Assembly (NCBI GenBank): GCA_963706595.1
Contig: OY970166.1
Location: forward strand, 224,001-288,000
Direction of reading: 5' to 3'
Source: an uncultured cyanobacterium
Lineage (GTDB): Bacteria; Cyanobacteriota; Cyanobacteriia; Cyanobacteriales; Nostocaceae
DNA length: 64,000 bases
In this document: positions 8,652-19,712 of the stretch, one piece after another
Position numbering within the stretch: position 1 is the stretch's first letter
Layout of the letters: the number at the start of each line of letters is the position of its first letter
Notes under the pieces: model-generated
The model's input: only the letters and a program-made list of their open reading frames with translations
The model's database searches: none
What the model was told of the DNA's origin: nothing
Program-made: the position numbers and the translations under genes

Positions 8652-11138
8652 TTAATTCTCTTGTCGCACACCATCAACAACAGTCTTAACTTGACCGCCA
8701 GAAAATGGATCTGTACCACCAGTCCAGTTAAAGTCGCTAATGCGGATGCTGAAACCGCCTAATTCCAGTACTGGGTTATAACGCAAAGAAATTCCATAGG
8801 TACGGCGGCTATATTCTAAAATATAATCGGCGCTAGTTTGTTTACCAGTGTCTAAGTTAACTGTTGTTTGAAAGCCTAAACGAAATGGCCCATAAATTTG
8901 CTGTGAAATTCCAGCGCCTAGCACTTTGTTATCAACTGAACGGTCAAACAAAAATGGTGATAACCCGCTATTTAAGCCCTGAGAATAAGTTATATTAAAA
9001 GCAGTATAGTCTAAATAAGGACGAGAGAAATTACCAAATTGCCCTATTAAGCCGACTGTACCAGTTAGGGTACTTTGATTTTCGTTGTTAGTGTAATAAC
9101 TAGTAGTACCTCTAATACTAGCAACTGTTTGTATATAAGGAACAATAGGATTTGGTGTATATCTTAATCCCTCAAGGGCGGTAGGTGGTAATGGTTTACC
9201 CTGCCATAGTAAAAAGCCTTTACTGAGGTTAGCACTACCTTGTAAACGACCGAGAGAAATTCGATCATTCGTCCGGTCTGCTTCTAGTAAGTCAAGGCGG
9301 TCAGTATTAGCATTAATATATTGTATACCTGCCTGATAGTTGAGGTTAATGCCACTATTACCTAGAGGAATGACAGGAGAGCTAATTAGACCACCAATAC
9401 TACTCTGAACAGTTTGAAAGCCAAGACTGTCATTAAATAGGCGATCGCGGTAGCTATATTCTAGATTTAAGATGTGGGGATTGACATCGCCTAATGCTTG
9501 GCGCATTCGGACACTCGCCCGCAAATTGTCTTCTACTTTGTTTAAATCAAAACTTGTCAATTCACCGGAACCTTGAATTGTGGCTCGTGGGCTTAAAACA
9601 GCATTTAAACTCCCCCTCACACCAAATAATGAAGCCAAATCATCTGTGCCTTCTTCTAAGGCTTTCTGCACAAAAAATTGGGGCGTGATTCTCAAACGCG
9701 TTTGCTCGTTATCCACTGGGTTGAAACCCCGTTCCACAAAAAAACCACCACGCTTACCCCCATCAAAGCCGGGAGAAACTATAAATGGTGAAGCATCCCG
9801 TTCAAAACGGTCAAGGGTCTGTCTATCTACAGGAATAGGTATCGTAACTTTTTGGTCAAAAACTAAACGCTGTCCCCGTGTAGTGATGGTTTCTACTAAA
9901 GGGGATTCCTGTATGGAAGTAACTTGAGAAGCCCGTAACTCTAATTCTGGGGGTGAAAACGGATCGTTAGTAATTCGCACATCCTCAGCTTGCCAACCTC
10001 GCGGATAAAACTCAATGCGTTGAGCTTGAAACCGCAGTCGCCTCACTGTACCCCCGGCTGCTGGCGGGGGGATATTACTCGCTTCTCTACCACCTAATGT
10101 AAAATCAATGCCGCCTGAGCTACTGATCCCAGAGAGGGGCTGATTTCTTCGGATGCGATCGCTTAGAGGAGTTTGAAGTTCTCCGCCTGTGATTTCGGTG
10201 GGTGAAAAAGCTAAATCTCTTTGGGCTGAGGGTACGAATATTTCCCCACTGCCGTTTTCTATTTCTCCGTTATCTTGGACAAAATTATAGGTAAAACGTT
10301 CTCCCCGCAATACTTGATCCCCTCGTGTCAAGGCCACATTACCTGACCCCACGGCGACCAAGTTATCTAAATTTACTTGCAGGCGATCGGCATCCACTAC
10401 AGCCCCATCAAATCGCACCACTACATTACCTTCCGCCGTGATAATTCGCCGTTCTTGATCATACTCCTGCCGATCTGAGATCACTTCGACAGTCCTCTGT
10501 CTCGCTGGCGGCGTAGGTGTAGGCTCTTGAGCTTGTTTAGTAGGTGACTTGAATTCTATAGTTGAGGGAGTAGAGCTTTCGTTGCTGGGGTTGCGAGACT
10601 TAAACTCTAGAATATTTTCTACTGGTTGAGAACTCGGCACATCATCCGGTTCATCAACGGAAATATTTATGCTATCGGGAAATTGTTGTACAGGAATATT
10701 GCTTTCCTGCTCTTGTGGAGTGGCTTTTTCCGCTACGACTTGCAGCTGGGGTGTAGTTTTGGGCGCATCAAACTGTTGTTTGGAAAAACCAACCGCTTGG
10801 GGTTGACCCAAATTTTCAGCATTTTTAGAAGCTGTGAACGGAGAAAATTCTGGCGGGAATGTTTCTGGTGTATTGGGTGTGGCTAAGGTTTTAGCAGATA
10901 AATTATCCCTAGTGACCCGAATGGGAGTTGACCAATGCAAAGCAGCATCAGAATCTTCCACATTTGATATTTGTGGAATTTCCTGTAGTGGCGGCGATTC
11001 TTCTTTGTCTTCTGGGGTATCAGTTTGAGTGATTACAACCGAGGGAAACTGAGTATCACTAGCATAGAGAATAGAATTTGCTGATGGTACTGGTTCGACA
11101 ATGGGATGTGTTGCAGGTGGCGGAACTGAATGAAGCAT
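8652..11138 (-). CDS. LptD/OstA-like outer-membrane assembly protein (DUF3769 family)
   Basis: Disordered P/S/E-rich N-terminus, OstA-like beta-jellyroll (ITAEGNVVVRF...ADRLQVNL) and beta-barrel-like C-terminus ending FSIRISDFNW. ATG at 11138 chosen. Confidence 0.75.
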   Translation of the reverse strand: MLHSVPPPATHPIVEPVPSANSILYASDTQFPSVVITQTDTPEDKEESPPLQEIPQISNVEDSDAALHWSTPIRVTRDNLSAKTLATPNTPETFPPEFSPFTASKNAENLGQPQAVGFSKQQFDAPKTTPQLQVVAEKATPQEQESNIPVQQFPDSINISVDEPDDVPSSQPVENILEFKSRNPSNESSTPSTIEFKSPTKQAQEPTPTPPARQRTVEVISDRQEYDQERRIITAEGNVVVRFDGAVVDADRLQVNLDNLVAVGSGNVALTRGDQVLRGERFTYNFVQDNGEIENGSGEIFVPSAQRDLAFSPTEITGGELQTPLSDRIRRNQPLSGISSSGGIDFTLGGREASNIPPPAAGGTVRRLRFQAQRIEFYPRGWQAEDVRITNDPFSPPELELRASQVTSIQESPLVETITTRGQRLVFDQKVTIPIPVDRQTLDRFERDASPFIVSPGFDGGKRGGFFVERGFNPVDNEQTRLRITPQFFVQKALEEGTDDLASLFGVRGSLNAVLSPRATIQGSGELTSFDLNKVEDNLRASVRMRQALGDVNPHILNLEYSYRDRLFNDSLGFQTVQSSIGGLISSPVIPLGNSGINLNYQAGIQYINANTDRLDLLEADRTNDRISLGRLQGSANLSKGFLLWQGKPLPPTALEGLRYTPNPIVPYIQTVASIRGTTSYYTNNENQSTLTGTVGLIGQFGNFSRPYLDYTAFNITYSQGLNSGLSPFLFDRSVDNKVLGAGISQQIYGPFRLGFQTTVNLDTGKQTSADYILEYSRRTYGISLRYNPVLELGGFSIRISDFNWTGGTDPFSGGQVKTVVDGVRQEN

Positions 11139-11301
11139 ATCTAGGCAAATCAAGCTAATAAATAGCCAATTGATGGTCGGAAGGATGAATTACACCTTTC
11201 TCCTCCCGACTTTTGCTTTTGCCTCAACATAGCAAGCTGCCAAGAGAAGGAGATTTGGTGTTTTCCGTCTTCCGGCAGTTGTGGATAGGTTCGTGTAAAT
11301 C

Positions 11302-11418
11302 CTACTCTGAATCCCGGCGGCCGGGGTTACGAGCTGGATCGTTGGACAAAAATCCGAAGACGAAAATAGCCACGAAGAAGGCAACAACAATATAAACAGC
11401 GATTTTTAAAGTCACCAT
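11302..11418 (-). CDS. psbI: Photosystem II reaction centre protein I
   Basis: Manual translation [38 protein letters not shown] has the [11 protein letters not shown] signature. Upstream GGAG RBS. Below the ORF-track cutoff. Confidence 0.97.
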   Translation of the reverse strand: MVTLKIAVYIVVAFFVAIFVFGFLSNDPARNPGRRDSE

Positions 11419-11727
11419 ACAAATATCTCCAAAGGGTGTGAGAAAAAAGTTTCTCTCTCAGTATCTGCTATACAGAAAGGATAACTACCTTATATTACCG
11501 AAATCTCGTCCCTTTTTAAGATGAGTCTGGTGAATCGAGACAAAACCCCTCAGATGTTTTGCGCTCGTTACTCTAGAGACGTTTACTCACAGAGGAAGTT
11601 TCCAGTTGTTAGACATCGCTATTTTTCCTTTCTACAGTCTGCCATCTCTGATCGCTAAACTGCAACCCCAAGCCTAGTACAGCACGGCGAAAATAGGTAT
11701 TCAAAAACTTTTTTGCTACCAACCATA

Positions 11728-12420
11728 CTATGAAGATGCTACTAAATCCTTGCTGGTTCGGCTTTTAATTACTCGTGCAGGCGCACCTACGGCCACAGAA
11801 TAGGGGGGAATATCTTTATTTACAACTGCACCTGAGCCAATAACACTACCTTTACCGATAGTAACGCCATCTAACACCGTTACTCCATGCCCTAGCCAAC
11901 AGTCATCTTCAATCACGATTCCCTTACGAGTTATCCCTTGGTGTTTTATGAGTTTAGTTGGGTCGGCAAATTTGTGGCTATTGGCATATATTCCCGAATG
12001 GGATGCAATCAGGCAATTCTTACCAATTTTGATGTTTCCAGGTCCAGCAATACAGACATCAGGAGCGATAAAAGTTTCATCATCAATGGATATGCAAGTA
12101 TTATCCAAACAGCCAATATCAACGTAACGCTCAAGCGCCACTCCATTTCCTAAATAAATTTTATTATTTGGGTGTCCTTTGGCATCCATGCGTACACCTT
12201 TAAAAATATATACCCCATTCCCCATTTCAATGGCAGCAGTACCCAAAAATTCCACGCCGTTTTGAATATAAACTGATTTACCCAGTCGAGCAAAGATTCT
12301 CCGATATACGAGATTTCGCAATTTGGGACCAAGAACAATTGTGGGAATATCTCCTAACAAAGTAATGATTAATAATTCTTGTAATCGCTGAAACTTTGAG
12401 GCGTATCGCTTGTCATTCAT
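11728..12420 (-). CDS. Hexapeptide-repeat (left-handed beta-helix) acyltransferase
   Basis: IVIEDDCWLGHGVTVLDGVTIGKGSVIGSGAVVNKDIPPYSVAVGAPARVI. ATG at 12420 preferred. Confidence 0.88.
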   Translation of the reverse strand: MNDKRYASKFQRLQELLIITLLGDIPTIVLGPKLRNLVYRRIFARLGKSVYIQNGVEFLGTAAIEMGNGVYIFKGVRMDAKGHPNNKIYLGNGVALERYVDIGCLDNTCISIDDETFIAPDVCIAGPGNIKIGKNCLIASHSGIYANSHKFADPTKLIKHQGITRKGIVIEDDCWLGHGVTVLDGVTIGKGSVIGSGAVVNKDIPPYSVAVGAPARVIKSRTSKDLVASS

Positions 12421-13907
12421 GATTAAATATCTCGGATATTGAGTGTTCTTGAAACTATTTAAGGCTGATAGAGAATTTATCTTGTCTTTTGGTAGCGGCA
12501 CTTATACTGATATTTTTAAAGTCATCAAATTGAATGGATTTGCGGGGATAAAAGATATTTTCCCAATGATTAGTTAGTTTCCTACGCAAATAGAAAACTA
12601 ATTTCTGAGCTTGACTGATTTAAGAATGACCCATTTCAATTAATGTAGAGATATTAATGGAGATGGGTAACAGTTGAGCGATTTTTCTACATATCAATTC
12701 CAGTGGCTCATTCAAAATATGTGGTAGTTTTTTGGATCAGTTCCAGCAAAAATGATGCTATTTACTAGACTGATTTATGTAGGACATACTCAGTGAGTTA
12801 CCGCGCCAAACATCAGAATATTAAATTGGATAATTAGGTGTTGCAAAATGTCCCAACTTTACTTTTTTGGCGAATTTGAATAGATCTACTACTATTGTGT
12901 AGTTTTTCGCCTTCAAGTGGCTTTCTGTCAACGACCGAATTCAACAAGCTTTTTTCAATACAATTACATTTTTACTAGTTGATGGGATTATCTCAAATTT
13001 TGCAGATAATTTTTCCCACACATTCAAATATAATTAGCATTGAATTATTATTAGTGTTGGTATGCAAGCAAGTCAAACTTAGGGTGGAGTGTCACCAACT
13101 TCACTCATCACATTAAAATTCACCATTGGTGCAAACAAATAAGCGCTTCCACGATTGCGATGACGGCTTTCTTGCAACGAATTTTTAGAGTATGCTGCGC
13201 TAATCATGTTGCACACCGATGAGTTACAGTCGAACAAAATCACATTTCTAATTACACAAATATTTTTTGTGATAGCTGCTTTTAACATTAGCACATTTTT
13301 TGAACTTAAAACACTTTTGATCAATAAGTTTGTTGCAATTTGGCTAATCCAGATTTATTGAAAAGAAAGATAACATTATTAATTGCGTAATCATCACAAA
13401 TGAATATTTTTATACTTAGACAAAAAATACATTTTTTGAAGTTAATTTGTTGCATATAACGAGATTTACTATATATATTACATCAGCCCTGGTCAGGCAT
13501 CAAAGAAAATAATACCTTTAATACAAGGGCAAAGAGTTATAACTAAAGTTAGCTATTTTACCCTATTAATAACGGATATATAGGACTACTATTTGATTAT
13601 TGAACAAACACGTAGGGTTTACCTCAAGTCATGGAAAGTTAAGTGAACAAGCAGAAACAATATTAGATTTCATGCTCTAGATATATATTTCTGGATACTA
13701 TGCCAATTAAGATGAAATGTTGAGGATGTTATTTGCCGGAAGTCTTGGTCGTAGTTCAGATGATATCTGTGTTCCGTTTGCCAAACTCATCCTTAAGCAG
13801 CTACTGAATAATCTAAATTTTTCAAATCCGAACTTACATACTTGCTTTAATTTATGGTTTTCATTAACCAAAATATCCAACAAGCTTTAAGAAGCTATTG
13901 TTTGGAA

Positions 13908-14018
13908 CTAGTACAAGTTGGCGTAAATAAACAGACCATTCAAAATCTATGAAAAGCCCATTTTATAAGCTTTTTGACTTTTGACTTTTGACTTTTGACT
14001 TCCGCCTTGCGGTACTAG
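13908..14018. mobile_element. MITE-like element with CTAGTAC...GTACTAG termini containing (TTTTGAC)n
   Basis: Left CTAGTACAAGTTGGCGTAA versus right-end reverse complement CTAGTACCGCAAGGCGGAA. Solo ends CTAGTACAGCACGGCG at 11674 and 49893. Confidence 0.65.
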
Positions 14019-14574
14019 CCCATTCAGGGACTTCTGAAGTAAAAAAAATCTCTAATAATTTTAGGCAATAAAGATCAGGAGAAAGAAGTTGTCTGGGAGA
14101 ATTGATCAAAAGTATATCTCCAAATACTCCTGAATATAGATATGATTGATACTTATTTATCTAAATTTTATTCCTTCAGCGATCGCCTTTAACAAACTCA
14201 CTACTTTGTTCATGCTTTTGAGTTGAGAGATGAGAAGCGGATAAATACAGTGATAATTCAACTACTGAGGCAAAAATTGTAGCAGAAACCACAAAGAAGT
14301 TGAAGGTAATTAAAAAAAAATTAAAAATTACCAGCAGTCGTACCTGACATAGAATAATTAATTTTTAATATACTAAGTACATAGTTAAGGGTAATCCATA
14401 GACTTAAAAATGCCCTTAGTGTAAACTTTATCAGCGATGTCAAGAATAACTCTCAATGCTGAACAAAGTCATCCCCATTTTACAGACACAGTAAAAAGAA
14501 TTGGCCACATTGGGTAGAGACAGTAATACATACGTAAACAATAGCCAAAATATAACTTGGAGTTTTACCGACCT

Positions 14575-17139
14575 ATGCAGCCAATTCGCACATTTAACGT
14601 TTCCCCTTCCTTACCGTCACGACTAGAACCCCTGCGACAACTAGCATATAACTTGCACTGGGATTGGAACGTTGAGAGTAAAGATTTATTTCGGCGTTTA
14701 GACACCGATTTGTGGGAATCTAGCCGCCACAACCCCGTGTTAATGCTGGGTACAATCAGTCAAGCACGCTTGTTGGAAGTTGTGGAAGATGAAGGCTTTC
14801 TAGCACAAATGGATCGGGCGGCGCGCCAGTTAGAAGACTATTTACAAGAGCGTACTTGGTATCAGAAACAACGCAGTCAAAAGCCCAAAGAATGCTACGC
14901 CTATTTTTCGGCTGAATTCGGACTTGTAGATTGTTTACCAGTTTATTCTGGTGGTTTGGGTGTTTTAGCGGGGGATCACCTGAAATCGGCTAGCGACTTG
15001 GGTTTACCTCTGGTGGGTGTGGGCTTATTGTATCAGCAAGGGTACTTTGCTCAATACCTGAATGCAGATGGCTGGCAGCAAGAACGCTACCCCATGAACG
15101 ATTTCTATAATATGCCGTTGCACCTAGAGCGTCATCCTGATGGTTCAGAATTAAGGATTGCGGTAGATTACCCAGGACGCAAGGTTTATGCCAGAGTATG
15201 GCGCGTACAGGTGGGAATGGTACCACTTTATATGCTGGATACCAACATTGAACCCAATAACCCTTACGACCACGACATCACAGATCAGCTGTATGGTGGC
15301 GACATCGATATGCGGATTCACCAGGAAATTATGCTGGGGATCGGTGGTGTGCAGATGTTGAAAGCATTGGGTTATGATGTGACTGCCTACCACATGAATG
15401 AAGGTCATGCTGCATTCTCAGCCTTAGAACGTATCCGCATCCTGATTCAGGAAGCAGGATTGAGCTATGACCAAGCTAGACAGGTAGTAGCTTCTAGTAA
15501 TATCTTTACCACTCACACCCCAGTTCCGGCGGGAATTGACTTGTTCTCTCCCGATAAGATGGTGTATTACCTGGGGTACTATGCCGAAATCTTTGGTTTG
15601 CCGAAAGAGCAATTTTTAGGACTGGGGCGAGAAAATACAGGTGATTTATCTGCACCTTTTAGTATGGCGGTGTTGGCTTTGAAGATGGCGACATTTTCAA
15701 ACGGCGTGGCTCAGTTACACGGTGTGGTATCACGGGAAATGTTTCAGGGCTTGTGGCAAAAAGTACCAGTGGAAGAAGTACCAATTGCCGCCATTACCAA
15801 CGGTGTTCATGCTCGGAGTTGTGTGGCTAAATCAACTCAAGAGTTGTACGATCGCTACTTAGGTCCAAATTGGTCATCAGCCGCACCAGAGAGCATATTG
15901 TGGGATCGCATTGATACGATCCCCGATGAGGAATTGTGGCGCAATCACGAACGCTGTCGCTTAGACATGGTTGTATATGTCAGAGAACACTTGGTGAAGC
16001 ATTTGCGCGATCGCGGTGCTTCAGCGTCGGAAATAGACCAAGCCCAAGAAGTCCTCGATCCCAACGTTCTAACCATTGGCTTTGCGCGACGTTTTGCTAC
16101 CTACAAACGCGCCACCCTCTGGATGCGTGATTTGGACAGGATCAAGCAAATTTTACTGAATAACAAACATCGCAAAGTGCAATTTGTGATCGCTGGTAAA
16201 GCTCACCCCAAGGATATCCCAGGGAAAGAACTGATCCGCGATATCAATCACTTTATCCATGAACAAAACTTGGAAAAACAAGTTGTGTTTGTGCCTAATT
16301 ACGATATTCACATTGCTCGGTTAATGGTAGCTGGTTGTGATGTCTGGTTAAACACACCCCGTCGTCCACGGGAAGCTTCCGGGACTAGCGGGATGAAAGC
16401 CGCTATGAATGGATTGCTGAATTTAAGTGTTCTTGATGGCTGGTGGGATGAAGCTGATTATGTCCGCACTGGTTGGTCAATTGGACATGGTGAGGATTAC
16501 GATGATCCTAATTACCAGGATGAGGTAGAAGCCAATGCTCTCTATGAATTGTTAGAGAAGGAAGTTGTGCCTCTATTCTATGAACATCAGGATGCTGATG
16601 GCTTACCCAGGGGTTGGATTGCGAAAATGAAGGATGCAATTCGCTTGAATTGTCCTTTCTTTAATACAGCCCGGATGGTGGGAGAATATGCTCAACGGGC
16701 TTATTTTCCGGCAAGCGATCGCTTTACAATTCTAACTGCGGATAATTACGCCCCAGCGAAGGAATTAGCTAGTTGGAAATCTAAACTCGGCGAACACTGG
16801 TTTAACATCAAAATCAAAGATATTGATGTATCAGCAGATACAGATATCGAAGTGAATCAAACCGTTGCTGTCAAAGCCAAGGTTGATTTAGCAACTTTGA
16901 CTAATGATGATGTCCGGGTGGAATTATACCAAGGTACAATTGATGCCAATGGTGACATTGCCAATGCTGTGCCTGTAGTCATGGACTACCAAGGACAAGA
17001 TGCACAAAACTTGAGTGTTTACACGAGTAATATTACCTATACTAACTCTGGTTTACAAGGCTTGTCTTTGCGTGTTTTACCTCACCATCCACATTTGTCA
17101 AGTCCCTATGAGCCAAGATTGATTGCTTGGGCTGAATAA
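14575..17139 (+). CDS. glgP: Alpha-glucan (glycogen) phosphorylase
   Basis: YSGGLGVLAGD, HMNEGH, FARRFATYKR and PLP-site EASGTSGMK motifs. Confidence 0.96.
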   Translation: MQPIRTFNVSPSLPSRLEPLRQLAYNLHWDWNVESKDLFRRLDTDLWESSRHNPVLMLGTISQARLLEVVEDEGFLAQMDRAARQLEDYLQERTWYQKQRSQKPKECYAYFSAEFGLVDCLPVYSGGLGVLAGDHLKSASDLGLPLVGVGLLYQQGYFAQYLNADGWQQERYPMNDFYNMPLHLERHPDGSELRIAVDYPGRKVYARVWRVQVGMVPLYMLDTNIEPNNPYDHDITDQLYGGDIDMRIHQEIMLGIGGVQMLKALGYDVTAYHMNEGHAAFSALERIRILIQEAGLSYDQARQVVASSNIFTTHTPVPAGIDLFSPDKMVYYLGYYAEIFGLPKEQFLGLGRENTGDLSAPFSMAVLALKMATFSNGVAQLHGVVSREMFQGLWQKVPVEEVPIAAITNGVHARSCVAKSTQELYDRYLGPNWSSAAPESILWDRIDTIPDEELWRNHERCRLDMVVYVREHLVKHLRDRGASASEIDQAQEVLDPNVLTIGFARRFATYKRATLWMRDLDRIKQILLNNKHRKVQFVIAGKAHPKDIPGKELIRDINHFIHEQNLEKQVVFVPNYDIHIARLMVAGCDVWLNTPRRPREASGTSGMKAAMNGLLNLSVLDGWWDEADYVRTGWSIGHGEDYDDPNYQDEVEANALYELLEKEVVPLFYEHQDADGLPRGWIAKMKDAIRLNCPFFNTARMVGEYAQRAYFPASDRFTILTADNYAPAKELASWKSKLGEHWFNIKIKDIDVSADTDIEVNQTVAVKAKVDLATLTNDDVRVELYQGTIDANGDIANAVPVVMDYQGQDAQNLSVYTSNITYTNSGLQGLSLRVLPHHPHLSSPYEPRLIAWAE

Positions 17140-17179
17140 GCGAAGAAGCAGGGGAACAGGGGGGAAGCAATTTCCCCTC

Positions 17180-17944
17180 CTATTCCCCACTCCCCACTCC
17201 CCACTCCCCACTCCCCATTTTTCCTGGAATGACGATGTAGCCTGTGGTGCGATCGCCTAGCACTAAGTTACGTTGTTCTCCCCAATACCACCAATGGGCT
17301 GCTACATACGCACAAATTAAGCTGTCTAGTTTGTCTTCGGCTGCTTTGAGGGCTGCGCCTGTGGTCGGAATTTCGGAGAACGAACCGCAGAGGCGCAGAG
17401 TACACAGAGAAGGAGTTAGGGTGGGGAGAATATCGAGAATATAATTTTGCAGTTTAATTAGTTCTAAGCGACGCTCATTGATGCGTCCTTTTTTATATTT
17501 GAGGATGCGTTCTAAGTTGAATAAGTTAATTGTTGCTGGATGGGGAAAAACTTCTATTTGATATCTGCCCAATTTTTGGGGATCAATTGTGGGAGCATGA
17601 ACAAATCCACGGTATTCTAGTTCTAAGCCAAAGTTGACTGTGCGTTCGGCAAAGGGTAAATTTTGATTGGCTGGGTAGCATCCGGCGTGATATTTTCCAA
17701 AGTATTTGTGTGTGAGTTTATCGGGTAGACGACTCCCTATAGCGTTGGGGATCAAGGTGGGCGCGTCTACGGCAATCATCGCTGGTTCTTTTGGTTCTAC
17801 AGTTTTATCTATCCAGGTGAGGATATCTGCAATAAATTCTAGCCGATCTATATCTAGGATTTGTAGCTTTCCTTCTATTAATTCTAAGCAGCATAAGCCG
17901 CTTGGTTGGGATTTCCAACCTAAATCAATGCCAATAAATTTCAT
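17180..17944 (-). CDS. DUF429 family protein (predicted RNase H-fold nuclease)
   Basis: MKFIGIDLGW, IAVDAP, IEVFPH and EDKLDSLICA motifs. The C-terminus runs into a (GGGGAGT)n STRR. Confidence 0.8.
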   Translation of the reverse strand: MKFIGIDLGWKSQPSGLCCLELIEGKLQILDIDRLEFIADILTWIDKTVEPKEPAMIAVDAPTLIPNAIGSRLPDKLTHKYFGKYHAGCYPANQNLPFAERTVNFGLELEYRGFVHAPTIDPQKLGRYQIEVFPHPATINLFNLERILKYKKGRINERRLELIKLQNYILDILPTLTPSLCTLRLCGSFSEIPTTGAALKAAEDKLDSLICAYVAAHWWYWGEQRNLVLGDRTTGYIVIPGKMGSGEWGVGSGE

Positions 17945-18018
17945 TACTTTTAAGGTTAGAAGAATTAGGAGATCAACGCAAAGGTACGCGGAGGTTAACG
18001 CAAAGGTACGCAAAGGTT

Positions 18019-19590
18019 TTATATCGTAAATGGTGGAATTTCAGGGGTGTGCCATTGTTCGCCGACGCGATCGGCTACTAAGGGTGTGACAATGAATTTG
18101 GGGGGATTACCGTCTTTAACGTCAATTCTTACACAAGAGTAAGGTAGATGCTTGTGGGGTTTTTTGCCGTTGCGACCAAAAAATAGTAGGGAATCGGCAA
18201 CTTTGCGCTGGGGATTTCCAGGAAGTTCTGTAAAGGTTTCTATCAATTCATTGCCTTCTCGACGTTGCCGCCGGGGATAATGACCACTACCACCGGAGAT
18301 GATACAGTTAATATGAGAATCGGCGTATCCTGTGTTACCTGTGCGAATATGTTCTAAGCAATGGGCGTGTCCGTTGAAGATTAAATCGACTATGGAACGG
18401 TCTTTGATTTGGGAACCCAGGGTTTTAGCTACTTGTTCAAATACAAAGCGGAGGCGATGACGCACGGCTAAGGTTTGGGCTTGATTCCATTTTGTGGCTT
18501 CTGTAACGTAGGGTGGATGGTGAAAGAAGATAATTCTTCCCCGCACTTCTGAGGTGTGCCAAGATTCTATGAGTCGGTTTTTTAACCAATTCAGTTGTTC
18601 AAAATCTATAATGTCTGTGGCGTTGGATGCTAGTTGTTTTTCAATGTCGATTTTAATTTCGTTGATTTGCTCTAATTTGGCATTGAGATAATCAAGTTGT
18701 TCCGCTTCGTTGGGTTTTTCGGGGTTGAGTTGGTCGCAGGTTGTTAAAATTTGTTCTTCTTCTCTGTCTATGACTTGGCGACGCTGCTGCAATTCCCGAC
18801 GGTTCATTTCCCCTTCTAGATTGTCTGGTAAGGGGGATGGTGTATTAAAGGTGTTGGAATCTAAGGCGAAAAAGTCGATACCGCCATAACGAAAGGTGTA
18901 ATAGCGGTTGGGTAAACGGGTGAATTTTCCGGGTTGATAACGCATACACCGCCCCGCGTCAATTATAGCAGTGTAATGTTGATCTAAATGATGTTGTAAT
19001 TTTTTTGGGGAGGCGATCGCTCCTATATAGTCAAGAAATGCTCTGGCATAAGCATCACCTTTATTTGATCCATGCCAACCAATTTCCAGGTCTTTGTACC
19101 GCAGGAAACGACGTAACGGCCGGGTGCTTCCTGTAAATAAACGATACATCAATGGCACGTCATAATAATCGTGATTACCGGGTACTGCTAAAAATGGCAG
19201 ATTGAATAACATCCGGTCATAAGCAATATTTTCGGGTTGGTCTCCGCCTACGAGAAATTCCCGATAAGGTTGAATAAAGTTTTTACCATAATACTCGTGG
19301 GAACCCACTGCATAAATTACATCGCCTGTATGTAAGACAAAACGACAATCGTCTTTATGGGGAAGCATTAATTCTGCTACTTTCCGTTGGGGATGGTATC
19401 CGTAAAGAGATGTTGTACCAGTGTCACCAATTACCATAAAGGAAAATTCCGGATTGTCTTCTTTACCATCATCAATTACCATGCTGGTTTGGTCGATTCC
19501 CTGAGAAACTATCTGGGGATGAAGCCACCGCACTCTTTGCTTCATTTTGTGGATTTTCTCGGAAATAGATGGTTCCGTAATTAATTTCAT
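18019..19590 (-). CDS. Calcineurin-like metallophosphoesterase with coiled-coil insertion
   Basis: GDTG, HTGDVIY, PGNHD, HHPPY and NGHAH metal-binding motifs. Confidence 0.88.
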   Translation of the reverse strand: MKLITEPSISEKIHKMKQRVRWLHPQIVSQGIDQTSMVIDDGKEDNPEFSFMVIGDTGTTSLYGYHPQRKVAELMLPHKDDCRFVLHTGDVIYAVGSHEYYGKNFIQPYREFLVGGDQPENIAYDRMLFNLPFLAVPGNHDYYDVPLMYRLFTGSTRPLRRFLRYKDLEIGWHGSNKGDAYARAFLDYIGAIASPKKLQHHLDQHYTAIIDAGRCMRYQPGKFTRLPNRYYTFRYGGIDFFALDSNTFNTPSPLPDNLEGEMNRRELQQRRQVIDREEEQILTTCDQLNPEKPNEAEQLDYLNAKLEQINEIKIDIEKQLASNATDIIDFEQLNWLKNRLIESWHTSEVRGRIIFFHHPPYVTEATKWNQAQTLAVRHRLRFVFEQVAKTLGSQIKDRSIVDLIFNGHAHCLEHIRTGNTGYADSHINCIISGGSGHYPRRQRREGNELIETFTELPGNPQRKVADSLLFFGRNGKKPHKHLPYSCVRIDVKDGNPPKFIVTPLVADRVGEQWHTPEIPPFTI

Positions 19591-19712
19591 CTGTAATTTT
19601 CCTGAACTTTAAGTTTTTTTAATGACAGCAATCTTTGACTTAGCGGATAACTTGCGCGGTTTTGGCAGTTTGCGTAACAATAAGAGTTAGGATGCCTTAA
19701 TTTATCTTAACA

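Noticed and set aside
13079..13324. PatS/HetN-like signal peptide (RNRGSAY)
   Set aside because: Lacks the RGSGR pentapeptide.
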